Source: an uncultured Ignavibacteria bacterium (GTDB lineage: Bacteria > Bacteroidota > Ignavibacteria > Tepidaquicellales > OLB5). Taken from it: 64,000 nucleotides of DNA. The DNA is taken from assembly GCA_963816535.1 (NCBI GenBank), contig CAWFKW010000006.1:580334-644333 (forward strand). The letters run 5' to 3'. Of the stretch, positions 19,695 to 30,522 are shown piece by piece. A model generated the notes under the pieces. That model ran no database searches and had not been told where the DNA came from. It saw only the letters and a program-made list of their open reading frames with translations. Within the stretch, counting starts at the first letter, position 1, and every line of letters begins with the position of its first letter. A program made the position numbers and the translations under genes.

Positions 19695-20744
19695 TTAGAA
19701 ATCCAGTTTTGCCTGTAAAATATATTCCGTCAAAAGATCGATGCAAAGGTCAACATCCTTCAGGCTAAGCGTTTCAACCGAGGAATGAAGGTATCTTGTG
19801 GGAACAGAAACCACTGATATTGGCACGCCGCCCCTGGACTGCGATATAGGATCGGCGTCTGTTTGGGTATGTCCGTAGTCCACGTCAATTTGGTGAGGTA
19901 TTTTTTTCTTCTTTGCCGTTTCTATCAAACCGTCCGCAATCTTGTTATTAGAGCGTACGCCGCGTGTAATTACGGGCCCTTTCCAGAGTCTCGTATCTCC
20001 AAACTTCTCTTTTGGAATATCCGGCTGGTCGGTCCCGGGGATTACGTCAATTGCAATAGCCGCTGTAGGCTTATGATGGTACGCCGCGTTTCCGGCGCCC
20101 CAAACGCCGGTCTCTTCCTGAACGGATGAGACTCCGTAAACGGTTTTATTCAGTTTCCTGTTCTTACTTAGTTTCCTGAGAACTTCGGCGACAACATAAA
20201 TGCCCACCCTGTTATCCCAGCACCTTGCCATTGCGGTCCCGTTTGCAAGCTCGCGGTAATTCTCGCCGAAGACGATCGGGTCGCCAACTGATACATACCT
20301 CTCGGCGTCTTTCTTGTTTTTCGCGCCTATATCGATCCAGACGGTGTGCAGTTCGGTTCTCTTGTCGCGTTCCTGGCTTGAAAGAAGGTGCAGCGAGGTC
20401 CTGCCCATACATCCGTGCACTATTCCTTTTTTGGTCAGAATTCTTGCCCGCTGAGATGCCAGTATATTAGGGTCCACTCCGCCGATAGGTTTCACAAACA
20501 CATAACCGTTATCGTTGATGTAATTTACGATCAGCCCGATCTCATCAGCGTGCCCGACGATCAAAATCGATTTTTCCTTTCCGGGATTCAATGTTGCGGT
20601 AATGTTGCCGTGAATATCTGCAGCGATACCGCTGCAGAAAGATGAAACTTCGTTCCGCCATATATTCTGAACCGGCTCTTCGTAGCCGGATGGAGCAGGC
20701 GTATCTATCAGGGATATCAGAAATTGTTTTTGAGATTCATTCAT
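19695..20744 (-). CDS. M42 family metallo-aminopeptidase (FrvX / glutamyl aminopeptidase-like)
   Basis: Blocks [42 protein letters not shown] and [10 protein letters not shown] are typical of M42. Confidence 0.8.
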   Translation of the reverse strand: MNESQKQFLISLIDTPAPSGYEEPVQNIWRNEVSSFCSGIAADIHGNITATLNPGKEKSILIVGHADEIGLIVNYINDNGYVFVKPIGGVDPNILASQRARILTKKGIVHGCMGRTSLHLLSSQERDKRTELHTVWIDIGAKNKKDAERYVSVGDPIVFGENYRELANGTAMARCWDNRVGIYVVAEVLRKLSKNRKLNKTVYGVSSVQEETGVWGAGNAAYHHKPTAAIAIDVIPGTDQPDIPKEKFGDTRLWKGPVITRGVRSNNKIADGLIETAKKKKIPHQIDVDYGHTQTDADPISQSRGGVPISVVSVPTRYLHSSVETLSLKDVDLCIDLLTEYILQAKLDF

Positions 20745-20834
20745 ATAACCAGTCTTTTAATTAATTAGAAAATTAAAGAGTCAGACCGGCCCGGCGCTAA
20801 AAGCGCCGTAGCCGCCGGAGGGCGTATTATTAAA

Positions 20835-23800
20835 TTAACTTGCCATTTTTTGATCGTTGAACTTCACGTTAACTATGGTCGATACTCCCTGCTCGGCCAT
20901 TGTAACGCCGTACATTGAATCCGCAGCCTCCATAGTGCGCTTGTTATGAGTAACAATGATGAACTGCGTTTCTTTTGAAAACTTCCGGATAATTTTTACG
21001 AAGCGGTCTATGTTAGCGTCATCAAGCGGCGCGTCCACTTCATCCAATATACAGAACGGAGACGGTTTAACCTGGTAAATAGCAAAAAGAAGAGCAATCG
21101 CAGTCAAAGTTTTCTCTCCTCCCGAAAGCAGGTCAATTAGCTGGGGCCGCTTGCCTCTGGGCTTAGCTATTATATCTATCTTTGCGTCAAGCGGGTCAGG
21201 ATTATCAGGGTCAATTACAAGCCTAAGGTCGGCTTCGTCTCCTTCCTGGAAAAGCTCGGCGAATATCGCCCTGAAGTTGGACTTTATAAGCTCAAATGTC
21301 TCAGCAAATTTTTGCTGCGCTGATTTGTTAATTTCTTCTATCAGGTTCATCAGGTCTTCTTCAGCCCTTACAAGGTCGTTTCTTTCCTCAACCATGCGTT
21401 CCAGTTCCTGCTTCTCCTGCTCATAAATCCCCAATTCCATTTGCCCGGAGCCGCCAAGTTGTCTTAAGCGGTTGCGCATCCTGTCAATTTCGGCTTTTGA
21501 CTGGATGAAATCAAAGATCCCTGTGTTTTCAAGACTTGTGTACTCTATTTCAACGTCGTATTCCTCGCGGATGCGGTCTTTATGCTCTTTTATTTCAATC
21601 CGGTCTTTTGTGAGCTGCATTTCATTCTGGTGAATGAAGCTTATAATGCTATCCCTGTTCTCCCTCAGCGTACGCTGTTCGTGCTCAACTTTGTCGACGA
21701 GTTTTTTCTTAACCTCGTATTTAGTTGTAACCAGCGTAAGATCCGTTTCGATCGATGACTTTTCAAATTCAATAGCGGCCAGGTCTGCGCGCAAGCCTGA
21801 TTGTTTTCCGTCTTCGCCGGCGAACTCAAGTTCTGCCCGCAGAACCTCTATTTCCTGCATGTAACCGCCGGTTTCATTTACGCGCGAATCGATCGTGCTT
21901 CGTCTCATCAGCACATTTTCATCGGTCCTTATCAGTTCGTTTTCGCAGTTTGTCTGTTCAGCTCTAACCCTGGCCGATTCAATGCTGAAAGTATTGTATT
22001 CTTCCCGCTTAATTGTAAGGTCATCCGCAAGGTTTTCAAGCTCTGTTGTAAAATGCTCAAGCTCTTTTTCGCGCTGGTAACGCTCATTTTCAGCCTTTTC
22101 AACCTGTGAAATAAGCGAGTCCAGTGAGACCTTTAGTTCGTTTGTAGAATCGCTAACTGTTTCATTCTCCCTGTTATTGGCTTCAATGAGAGAATTTACC
22201 TGGGATTTTTTATAATTAACCTGTGAAATATTGTTCTCAAGCGACTGAACCCCCGCCCGCATTTTTGATATCTCATCCTGCATCGACTCTATGTCGATAT
22301 CGCGGAACCTTCGCTGCAGGTCCTCAAGGCGGAATTTTTCCTGCTCAATAGTTATTTCAAACGCTTTTTGACGCGACTTAAGGTCAGTTATGAATTTATC
22401 CCTTCCTATTTTTAACGATTCTTCGTTGGTTTTACCGCCTGCCCTTATAAAACTGCTTGTAACAATATCGCCGTCAAGCGTGATGAACTTTATGAAGTTA
22501 TCGCGCGAGAGCCTTTTGGCGACATCAAAGCTTTCGACTATTATATATTCGTCAAGAAGGTACCTGTAAAGCAGCCAGTATTCATCGGGGCACTTAATAA
22601 ATCTATCTGCCCAGCCATAAACACCGGGTTGGCTCAATATTTCGGGGAACTCATCCTGGAAAATGTTAAAAGTAGTATTGTAAAGCGTATCTTTTATGAT
22701 GAACGTTACCTTTCCTTTTTGTTCGCCCGCAAGAACGCTTATCTGCTTTTCAGCGTCGTTCAGCGAGTCAACAATAAGGTAGTTCGATATCTCACCAAGC
22801 GCGGTCTCTATTGCAATTTTGAACTTATCTTCAACTTCAAGCTTGTCGATTATGACCTTGACCGAATCCTCGCCCTTTTCTTTCACAAGAAAACGGATTC
22901 CTTCGGAATAATCGTCATAATTTTCCATGAAATTCTTCTGCATCTCGATCTTTTGCTGCAGTTTTTCGGACTCAAGCGTTCTGTAAATTATTTCTTTTTC
23001 AAGCGTATTAATTTCTTCTGCAAGCGAGTCCTTAATCTTCTTCTGCGCCGTATACCTGTGTTCAAGATTTTCAAGCTCCCGCCTCAGTTCCGAAAGCGCG
23101 GTATCAGCTTTTTTTATTTCGCGGTCGAATTCCGATATCTTGTTTATGCTTACAATGTTCTCATCTGCAAGCCTGCTGCAGCGTTCAAGCTGGTCCTCCA
23201 GCCGTTTCTTGGTAAGCTCATATTCATTTCTTTTTTCCAGCAGGTTTTTGGATATTACAGAATGTTTGTGGGCGAGGTCCTTAAGCTCTTCCTTGCTTAA
23301 CTTTACTTTGCTCTCCGTTTCGTCAACTGTTCTCTTTTGGGTCCGCTGCGATTCTTCAAGTATTGCGGCCGTATTTTTCAATACCTTTATTCTCTCTGTA
23401 ATTTCCTGTTTTGACCCGGTAAGCTTTTCTATCTGCTCTTCAAGCTCAATTTTTTCTTTCGAAAATCTCTCAATATTCTCCTGCAAATGGCTTATCCTCT
23501 GTTCCGCCATAGATATAGAAGACTGAACAGAGCTTATCTTAAGGTTTATATTATTGAACCTGTCCCTGGTTTCATTCAGCTTAGTTTCAGTAATAGAGAG
23601 TTCCTGTTTATACTTATCAATAATAGCCTCGTTCTCATTCAGTTTAGCCTGCAGGCTTTCTCTCTCGTTTTCTTTATCCTTAAGATTTGATTCGGTCTGT
23701 TTAGTATCGTCAATTAACTTTGAATACTTACGCTGGTGGTAATCTATTTCAAGAACCTTAAGCCGTTCGCTTATTTCTTTTGCCTCCTGCTGCTTCTGGG

Positions 23801-24426
23801 CAATCCTCTCGTAGGCGTTAACGGTTCTCTGGCGGTTGCGGATCTCAATATTCGCCTCGGTAAGGTTTTCTTTTGCGACTTCCAGCTTATATAAAGCTTC
23901 GCGCCGTCTTTCCTTATACTTTGTTATGCCTGCCGCTTCTTCAAAGAGCTTTCTTCTATCCTGGGTGCGGTGAGATAGTATTTCGTTCACCATCTTAAGC
24001 TCGATAACAGAATAGGCATCCGAGCCCATTCCAGTATCCATGAACAGAGCCGTAATATCTTTCAGGCGGCAAACGGTTCCGTTAAGCAGGTACGCGCTCG
24101 TACCGTCTCTGAAACAGCGCCTCGTAATTTTTATTTCTGAATATTCTGACGGAAGGATACCTTTTGTATTTTCAATGGTAAGCGAAACTTCGGCGTAACC
24201 AAGGGCTTTACGCTCGTTTGTACCGTTAAAGATGACGTTCTCCATTGTAGAGCTTCTGAGCACGCTGGCCTTTTGCTCGCCTATTACCCATCTTACGGCG
24301 TCCACGATGTTGGTTTTGCCGCAGCCGTTGGGCCCTGACGATCGAAGTGACGCCTGAGTCAAAATCTATAACAACTTTGTCTGCAAACGACTTAAAACCG
24401 AATATTTCTAATTTATTGAGATACAA
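20835..24426 (-). CDS. smc: chromosome segregation ATPase SMC, interrupted by a 1-nt frameshift at codon ~31
   Basis: The N-terminal 30 codons (MYLNKLEIFGFKSFADKVVIDFDSGVTSIV, TTG start at 24426) are in one frame. The Walker A GPNGCGKTNIVDA and the remaining 1,165 codons are in another. Also present: long coiled coils, a hinge, the signature LSGGEKTLTAIALLFA and Walker B ILDEVDAPLD. Confidence 0.9.
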
Positions 24427-24466
24427 CTTCGCGCGTGATCTTCATTAACTTATAGTGAATATAACG

Positions 24467-27052
24467 TCAGCTGTTCTTCAGAAACGACATCACCAAACTA
24501 AAATAATCGGCAATATGCTTTGAGCTTTGCATATAGTAGAACACAGCTCCATATACCAGCAGGGCGGTTATTATGCCGTAAGTATAAGACTTTAAAAAGA
24601 ATGTATCAAAGACAATATAAGCGCCTTTCAAAATCCTGTAAAACGATAGTATATAAAGAAACGCCGCGGCGCCAATGCCGATAACCACAAAATCAGGATT
24701 GATATACAACACTCTCAAGTAAAAAGCGCCTGCAGCCAGAAGAATAATTGTCGGAAGCAAACCCCAAATAGTAACTGTGTAAACAGTATTGAACCCGACC
24801 CTGAATTTTATTGTGAGCGAAAACAGCCATATAACAACCGCGAGCAGAAATATCTTTACAAAAGCCAGCGCAGAAAGCAGCAGGCACAGCTTAAGAGGAT
24901 TGGTCATAAAGCTATCGAGCCATATTTTGGCTGTATCAGACGAAACCATCAGCGTCAGCATCATATCAAAAAGCTGCGAGTCTTTCCAGTAATACAGTAT
25001 GTTTGCAAAGAACAAACCGTTGCCCACCGCAAGTATTACCGCGAGCAAAATATTCTGAAACGGCGGAATAAGGTGCTGTTCCCTTACGTCGCTGAAGAAA
25101 ATGAACGGCCTGAAAAGGGCGCGGCTTACGTTTTCCCTGAAACGCCTTACGCCGTTTGCCATGTAGATAAATAATATGAAAAAAAACAATCCTATGAAAA
25201 CAAAGACTATGGGGGCCTCCCTGGCATATGAACCGATATTCAGGTTCGGGATGTCTTCTTCCATGAAATGTTTCCTTAGAATTGTCGCCGGAGACCTGAT
25301 ATCCCTGTTAAAACTGTACAATCCCGAGGTCCGCATATACTGATTATTAAAATCAAAATTCTTCAGGTTTGGCGAGTCAGAGTTCCAGTCGGCATAAGCG
25401 GTATAGAAACTTCCCAGGAAATTTGAGCTCTTTAATATTTTGAACAGATCGACAATATATTTTGATTCTGCTTCTAAAGAAGAAGGGTCGCTGTAGCCCG
25501 AATTGTTGTTGGGGTTAACTATCTTCCCGTAATTTGAGATAAATATCTTTTCCTTTTTTAACTTGCTGTCGGAAACGATATCTTTAAGGACCTTCAGGTC
25601 GTTGTCATAGAAATTTAGCCCCGTCATATCGACGGTTTCCCTGCATATATCGTTCTGGTAAATCTGGGTTGAATAATATCTCAGCCGGGTATCCAGCTTC
25701 CGGCATAAGTCTGAAAGCCGTGTAAGGTACGCTTTTGTTTTATCGCTGGTAACGTCAATATCGTTTCCCAAACCATAAGCAAATATGCAGGGGTTGTTTT
25801 TATGCTGAAGAACCATTTCGTTCAGCTGGTTCTCGGCAAGCGACCTGAAGTTCTCAGTATTGATGATCTGTGACGGCGCGTTCATGACCGGCAGCTCTTC
25901 AAGCACGAGTATGCCGTACCTGTTGCACAGGTTAACCAGGTAAGGGCTTGCCGGCCTTCCCCAGACTTTTATAAAATTGCACCCAAGCGATTTAAAGTTT
26001 CTTACGTCCCGTTCAACTTCTTCATAAGTGGCGCTAATGCCGCCGCCGGGGAACTCCTCAACATAATTAACGCCTTTAAACTTGATCTCAGAACGGTTAA
26101 TGATAAATGAATTTGCGCGCTGAGTGAATTCATACAGCCCGAAATCGCATTTGTAAACGTCTACCACATTCTGGCCCGAAGAAATTGTAACGCGCATAGT
26201 GTAAAGATAAGGGTAGTCAGGCGACCAGAAAAACGGGCTGTTAAAACCAAACTTATTTTCCACCTGTATAGTCGAATTCCCGGTGATGCTGAAGCTTGCG
26301 TCGCTGCTGGAAGCTTTTACGTTGCCGGCGGTATCTATCAGTTCCGTTTTTACGGTGAATTTTTTCTCATCCAGGCCGAATGATTTAAGATTAGTTAAGT
26401 CCGCGGCTGAAATTGTGACCGTGTTTTTGAGGTCGGCGTTGAAATTTATGTCAATTTCCGAACTCATATTTACGCTTTTTACATATACCTTTGGTACCGC
26501 AAGTATATATATATCGCGGTATATACCGCCGTAGTTTTTCGGTAAGTTGGAAGAGCTCTTTAATGGCAGCGTTCTTGAATAGTCCAGCGAGTTATCGGTC
26601 ACGATTTCAATGATGTTCCCGGTACCTTTGATAATTCCTTCCTGGATAGAAGAAGAGAATGATGTGAAGCCGCCCTCGTGCTTCACTATGAACCTGCCGT
26701 TTATGGTCACTTCGCACTGGTAATTAATTCCGTCGCAGAACAGGACATAATTATACGAATCGGCATTTTCTATATTTGCGTCAAACGAACGTGAACAAGT
26801 CAACTTGCCCCTGAAATCATAGCAAAACGGAACCTGCACAACTGTGTTTATTTGCCGGTCCGGTGAGGAAACGTTCCATTTACCGTCCAGATTTATGAGC
26901 TTCCGCTCATCGCTTACGAGGTTTTTTAAGAAACTTTCGGGTATAACTGAGGAGTTTCTTGAAAGTAGCTGCGGCTGCGCGAAAAATTGCGACAAAGGCG
27001 CCAGCAATAGTAATAGAACTATAATACTAAATGCAGAAGTCTTAAGCCTCAA
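24467..27052 (-). CDS. GH2-like (beta-galactosidase/glucuronidase fold) exported domain fused to a C-terminal polytopic membrane domain
   Basis: Signal peptide present. GH2 N-terminal sugar-binding pattern (LDGKWNV...VPFCYD...VLFCDGINYQCEVTINGRFIVKHEGGFTSFSSSI). Further GH2 blocks: YPYLYTMRVTI and FGLYEF...IINRSEIKFKGVNY. TIM-barrel blocks NNPCIFAYGLGND and KIFISNYG. About 260 C-terminal residues carry 6-7 TM helices. Confidence 0.65.
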   Translation of the reverse strand: MRLKTSAFSIIVLLLLLAPLSQFFAQPQLLSRNSSVIPESFLKNLVSDERKLINLDGKWNVSSPDRQINTVVQVPFCYDFRGKLTCSRSFDANIENADSYNYVLFCDGINYQCEVTINGRFIVKHEGGFTSFSSSIQEGIIKGTGNIIEIVTDNSLDYSRTLPLKSSSNLPKNYGGIYRDIYILAVPKVYVKSVNMSSEIDINFNADLKNTVTISAADLTNLKSFGLDEKKFTVKTELIDTAGNVKASSSDASFSITGNSTIQVENKFGFNSPFFWSPDYPYLYTMRVTISSGQNVVDVYKCDFGLYEFTQRANSFIINRSEIKFKGVNYVEEFPGGGISATYEEVERDVRNFKSLGCNFIKVWGRPASPYLVNLCNRYGILVLEELPVMNAPSQIINTENFRSLAENQLNEMVLQHKNNPCIFAYGLGNDIDVTSDKTKAYLTRLSDLCRKLDTRLRYYSTQIYQNDICRETVDMTGLNFYDNDLKVLKDIVSDSKLKKEKIFISNYGKIVNPNNNSGYSDPSSLEAESKYIVDLFKILKSSNFLGSFYTAYADWNSDSPNLKNFDFNNQYMRTSGLYSFNRDIRSPATILRKHFMEEDIPNLNIGSYAREAPIVFVFIGLFFFILFIYMANGVRRFRENVSRALFRPFIFFSDVREQHLIPPFQNILLAVILAVGNGLFFANILYYWKDSQLFDMMLTLMVSSDTAKIWLDSFMTNPLKLCLLLSALAFVKIFLLAVVIWLFSLTIKFRVGFNTVYTVTIWGLLPTIILLAAGAFYLRVLYINPDFVVIGIGAAAFLYILSFYRILKGAYIVFDTFFLKSYTYGIITALLVYGAVFYYMQSSKHIADYFSLVMSFLKNS

Positions 27053-27166
27053 TAAAATCGCGTAAAATTAATTAGTAAAAATGATTAAAAATCTTACAAA
27101 TATACAAATAAATGAAAGGAAAGGAAATAGAATATTAAGTTTTTTGAGGATTTTAAACAAATGAAA

Positions 27167-27577
27167 CTACGTCAAAAACTTTGCTCTTTCTGCATCAGTT
27201 GGCGCCCTGCAGGCATCTCTTTTACCGAACCATTTATAACGGTACTTTGCAATTAAGTTGTATGCGATATTTCTAATAAATGGAGGGATGATTATAAATA
27301 TATAAGATAACTTCCATAATCCTCCTAACTCTTTTGCAATTCTTAACGCCCCGGTTGTTTTCGTATAATATCTATCTCCATCAATTAAAATTATCGTTAA
27401 TATTCTATCCGGGTTTAATCCAAATTTCGTTTGCAGCTCTGTTCCGGCCTCCGACTGCAGGGCTGCAAATCTGAATCTGTCTTTGTTATCCCTGTCCATT
27501 ATAAAATTTACCGTAGCGTTGCAAAAATTACATACGCCGTCAAATAGGACAATCAGATGCGGGTTAGTTGTTTCCAA
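27167..27577 (-). CDS. DCC-family thiol-disulfide oxidoreductase (DUF393)
   Basis: N-terminal LFDGVCNFCN (CxxC) motif and size of about 135 aa. Confidence 0.7.
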   Translation of the reverse strand: METTNPHLIVLFDGVCNFCNATVNFIMDRDNKDRFRFAALQSEAGTELQTKFGLNPDRILTIILIDGDRYYTKTTGALRIAKELGGLWKLSYIFIIIPPFIRNIAYNLIAKYRYKWFGKRDACRAPTDAERAKFLT

Positions 27578-28025
27578 TCAGCTTTCTGTAGTATATCCAT
27601 TCTTTAAGAGGTTTTGCGCCAAGTTTATCGTAAAAGTTAATTGCATTAACGTTCCAGTCAAGAACGCACCATTCCATTCGGGCGCATTTTGCGCTTTTCG
27701 CAATTCTTACCATTTCTTTGAAGAATAATTTACCCACTCCAAACCTCCGCATGCTTTCGGTGACAAATATGTCTTCAAGATACAATGTTTTTCTTGCTTT
27801 GAAAGATGAGTAAGTAAAGAAATAAAACGCGTAGCCGGCTATTCCTCCCGCGGTTTCGGCAAGCAGCACAAAGAAAAGCGGGTTTCTGCCGAATGCATCG
27901 TTTATTAGTCTCTTCTTTGCAGATATGGAGGGCGGAGCAAGCTTTTCAAATTTTACCAGCTCGTTTATTAACCGGATGATTTCTTTTGAATCGGGCTTCT
28001 TCGCTCTGCGTATTTTTATCTTCAT
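27564..28025 (-). CDS. GNAT family N-acetyltransferase
   Basis: Acetyl-CoA binding motif A region (LEDIFVTESMRRFGVGKLFFKEMV). 153 aa. Confidence 0.8.
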   Translation of the reverse strand: MKIKIRRAKKPDSKEIIRLINELVKFEKLAPPSISAKKRLINDAFGRNPLFFVLLAETAGGIAGYAFYFFTYSSFKARKTLYLEDIFVTESMRRFGVGKLFFKEMVRIAKSAKCARMEWCVLDWNVNAINFYDKLGAKPLKEWIYYRKLIGNN

Positions 28026-28091
28026 ATACTAATTTTGAATTTGATAATCAGATAAATTATCTAATTTTTTGATTATTTGAAATTCAAAATG

Positions 28092-28118
28092 AAAAAGGGG
28101 ACGGTTTACGCCGTCCCC
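28092..28118 (-). terminator. rho-independent terminator after the 28157-28999 gene
   Basis: GGGGACGG-cgtaaa-CCGTCCCC followed by TTTTT on the minus strand. Confidence 0.7.
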
Positions 28119-28156
28119 AAGTTACACTGGTTTTAGGTTTATGATGAGAAGCTTTT

Positions 28157-28999
28157 TTACTGGCTTTCGTACTTAGATAAATTTATTACCTTGCTGGTTA
28201 AACCCAATTGCGGGATTCCCATTATCTGGTTGCTTTGTACAACAGTTCCGAGTATTAAATTATCAGAAGTATTTTTCTTGTAGTTTACAACCCATAGGTC
28301 CGCCGGGAAACCGGTTAAACCTGTAATAAATGGAGGCAGGTTTAACGTGCCAGCCGCGGGAATCAAAAACATGTTGATTGTTTGATTTGACCCGCTGGAA
28401 AAGAAATTTGACCCGTTTTCTAAGCTTGTATCAGGAGTAAAATTATTATCGAACTTAATGATCGGACTTGTTGAGTTCGCAAGCCCTAATGATACGTCGC
28501 TATCAATTAAGGTGGCTGATGTTGTAGTTATGTTTACGTTTGCGTTTGTCAGAAGCGTCAACGCGCCGGAAACAATATTTTTGGCCGATGTATCCTGTAT
28601 CAGGCCGATAATTTCGCTGATACTGAAAAATGAAGTAAGCTCAATACATCCGCTTGCACCCAGCCCGGGATCAGGCGTATAGACTCTCAGGTTTGCCGTG
28701 TCGCTGGGTACCCTGTAAATATAAAGCCATGTTCCTATCTGGCTTGGATCGGTAATTGCGCTGTAAACTGAAATATCTGTTTTTCCGTCTGACTTAACAT
28801 TCTTTCCAAAAATTAAAACTAATTTAGAACCCGGGAAATCTCTAGATGATTTTGCGTTGGCAGAATCCAAACGCTGTTTAGCAGATACTTCATTACTGAA
28901 AATTTGCGTGATCGGGTTATCGGTACCGCAGGATGTGTAGAATAATGCGGTTGAAGCCAGAATACCAAGTATAATGAACAATTTAAACGTTTTAGACAT
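28157..28999 (-). CDS. hypothetical lipoprotein
   Basis: Signal peptide plus lipobox (ALFYTSCG). Ser/Thr/Asn-rich. No recognisable domain. Confidence 0.45.
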   Translation of the reverse strand: MSKTFKLFIILGILASTALFYTSCGTDNPITQIFSNEVSAKQRLDSANAKSSRDFPGSKLVLIFGKNVKSDGKTDISVYSAITDPSQIGTWLYIYRVPSDTANLRVYTPDPGLGASGCIELTSFFSISEIIGLIQDTSAKNIVSGALTLLTNANVNITTTSATLIDSDVSLGLANSTSPIIKFDNNFTPDTSLENGSNFFSSGSNQTINMFLIPAAGTLNLPPFITGLTGFPADLWVVNYKKNTSDNLILGTVVQSNQIMGIPQLGLTSKVINLSKYESQ

Positions 29000-29399
29000 A
29001 ATTTCCTTTTTTATTTTGTATACTAATATAACTTTTTTATAGATGATTTGGTTCTGAAAAAGGCGGTAGTTTTGTAATTTTTTGTATATGAAAATCTTTC
29101 ATTAAATAATGTTCCCTTATAGCTTTTTCAAAATAGCGGAAGCATTGGGCGATTTGATTACCGTTTAGTGAATGATGCATAAATTTTTGGTTTGAAATTT
29201 CGGAAATAAAATTATAAATTTAAAACAGATAGGTGAGGATTCGCCTAATCACAAATTAAAATAATTCTCTGCGAGAACGCAGAAGAAAGGAAAAATTGTT
29301 ATGTAACAGAAACTTATTTTTAGCCCAAGAATCTCAAGAAAATTCCCAGACCCACTTAATTCCAGGACCGATGGCAATAGATGTAATATAGAGCACCAT

Positions 29400-30482
29400 A
29401 TGCTTCTATGTAACGTTAAATCTATCCCTGATGGAATTCCAACTGATCCCAATCCAAGAGATCAAAATACAGATCGTGCTATATATAAAGAAATAAAGGA
29501 AAGTTTGTTGAATTCTGGAGATTTAACTTTTCACCTTAAAAATAAAGGGATTACCATAATTGCTTCTGATGTATCATACGATGAATCGAAGAAAGCATAC
29601 ACTGTTTTGTTTAATAAAGGTGATGGGATTGTAGATGGTGGTCATACATACCGGATATTATTAGAAAATATGCTAGACGCGCCGGATGATCAATATGTAA
29701 AAATCGAAATTTTGACAGGTATTGAGGATGATATGCTTGTAGATATTGCAAGAGGTTTGAATACTGCGGTACAGGTTACAAGAATGAGCCTCGCAAATTT
29801 GGATGAAAAGTTTGAATGGATAAAAAAAATATTGAAAGGCGAGATTTACGAAAAGGAAATATCATATAAGGAAAATGAAGAAGGTGAATTCACAATAAGA
29901 GAAATCATAGGATTGCTGACGCTCTTTAACATTGATCTTTTCCCAGATGGCAAAGAACATCCTAAGGTAGCATACATAAGTAAGGAAGAATGTTTGAAAA
30001 GGTACATAGCGAGCCAGAAAAGTTATGAGAAAATCGAACCTATTTTGAAGGATATACTTGAACTATACGATTATATACAACTAAAAAGTCACACACTCTA
30101 CAATAATAAGTACAACGGTAAAGGGAGAAAGCTAGCGTTTTATCAGGACAGAAAGAGGGGAAAATACAAATTTATTTTCACTGGTCAGGAATCCAAATTT
30201 AGACTATTTGACGGTGCCTTATATCCTATCCTTGGAGCCTTCCGTGCGGTGGTTGAACAGGATGAGCGTACCGGAAAGTACAGGTGGCGTCTCAGATCAT
30301 TTGCAAAAATAAAAAAACTATTTGACGAAGTTGGAGCAGATTTGATTAATGTAACCAGAAACACAAGTGACAATAGGGGAAAAAACCCGAATGCGATTGG
30401 GAAAGATGAATCTAACTGGGACAATTTATATAAAACAGTATATTTAGCTTATTTGGAAAGAATAGTCAACCAAGGCAGATAA
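29400..30482 (+). CDS. AIPR-like (abortive-infection phage-resistance family; ParB/DndB-like fold) protein, short form
   Basis: Block order typical of AIPR as I recall it: NPRDQNTDRAIYKEIKESL...FHLKNKGITIIA...GIVDGGHTY...DIARGLNTAVQV. The surrounding DNA is visibly AT-rich. No SD, and no start codon between the upstream stop (29304) and 29400. Confidence 0.5.
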   Translation: MLLCNVKSIPDGIPTDPNPRDQNTDRAIYKEIKESLLNSGDLTFHLKNKGITIIASDVSYDESKKAYTVLFNKGDGIVDGGHTYRILLENMLDAPDDQYVKIEILTGIEDDMLVDIARGLNTAVQVTRMSLANLDEKFEWIKKILKGEIYEKEISYKENEEGEFTIREIIGLLTLFNIDLFPDGKEHPKVAYISKEECLKRYIASQKSYEKIEPILKDILELYDYIQLKSHTLYNNKYNGKGRKLAFYQDRKRGKYKFIFTGQESKFRLFDGALYPILGAFRAVVEQDERTGKYRWRLRSFAKIKKLFDEVGADLINVTRNTSDNRGKNPNAIGKDESNWDNLYKTVYLAYLERIVNQGR

Positions 30483-30522
30483 AATTACAGGTAAGGCGAG
30501 ACTCATATTAATGTTTCTCGCC

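Noticed and set aside
22629-23300. 223-aa plus-strand ORF, plus several 60-130-aa ORFs between 21.1 and 23.7 kb
   Set aside because: They are antisense to the smc coiled-coil region. Codon-complement artefacts of Glu/Lys/Leu-rich coding sequence give long Phe/Leu/Ser-rich frames.
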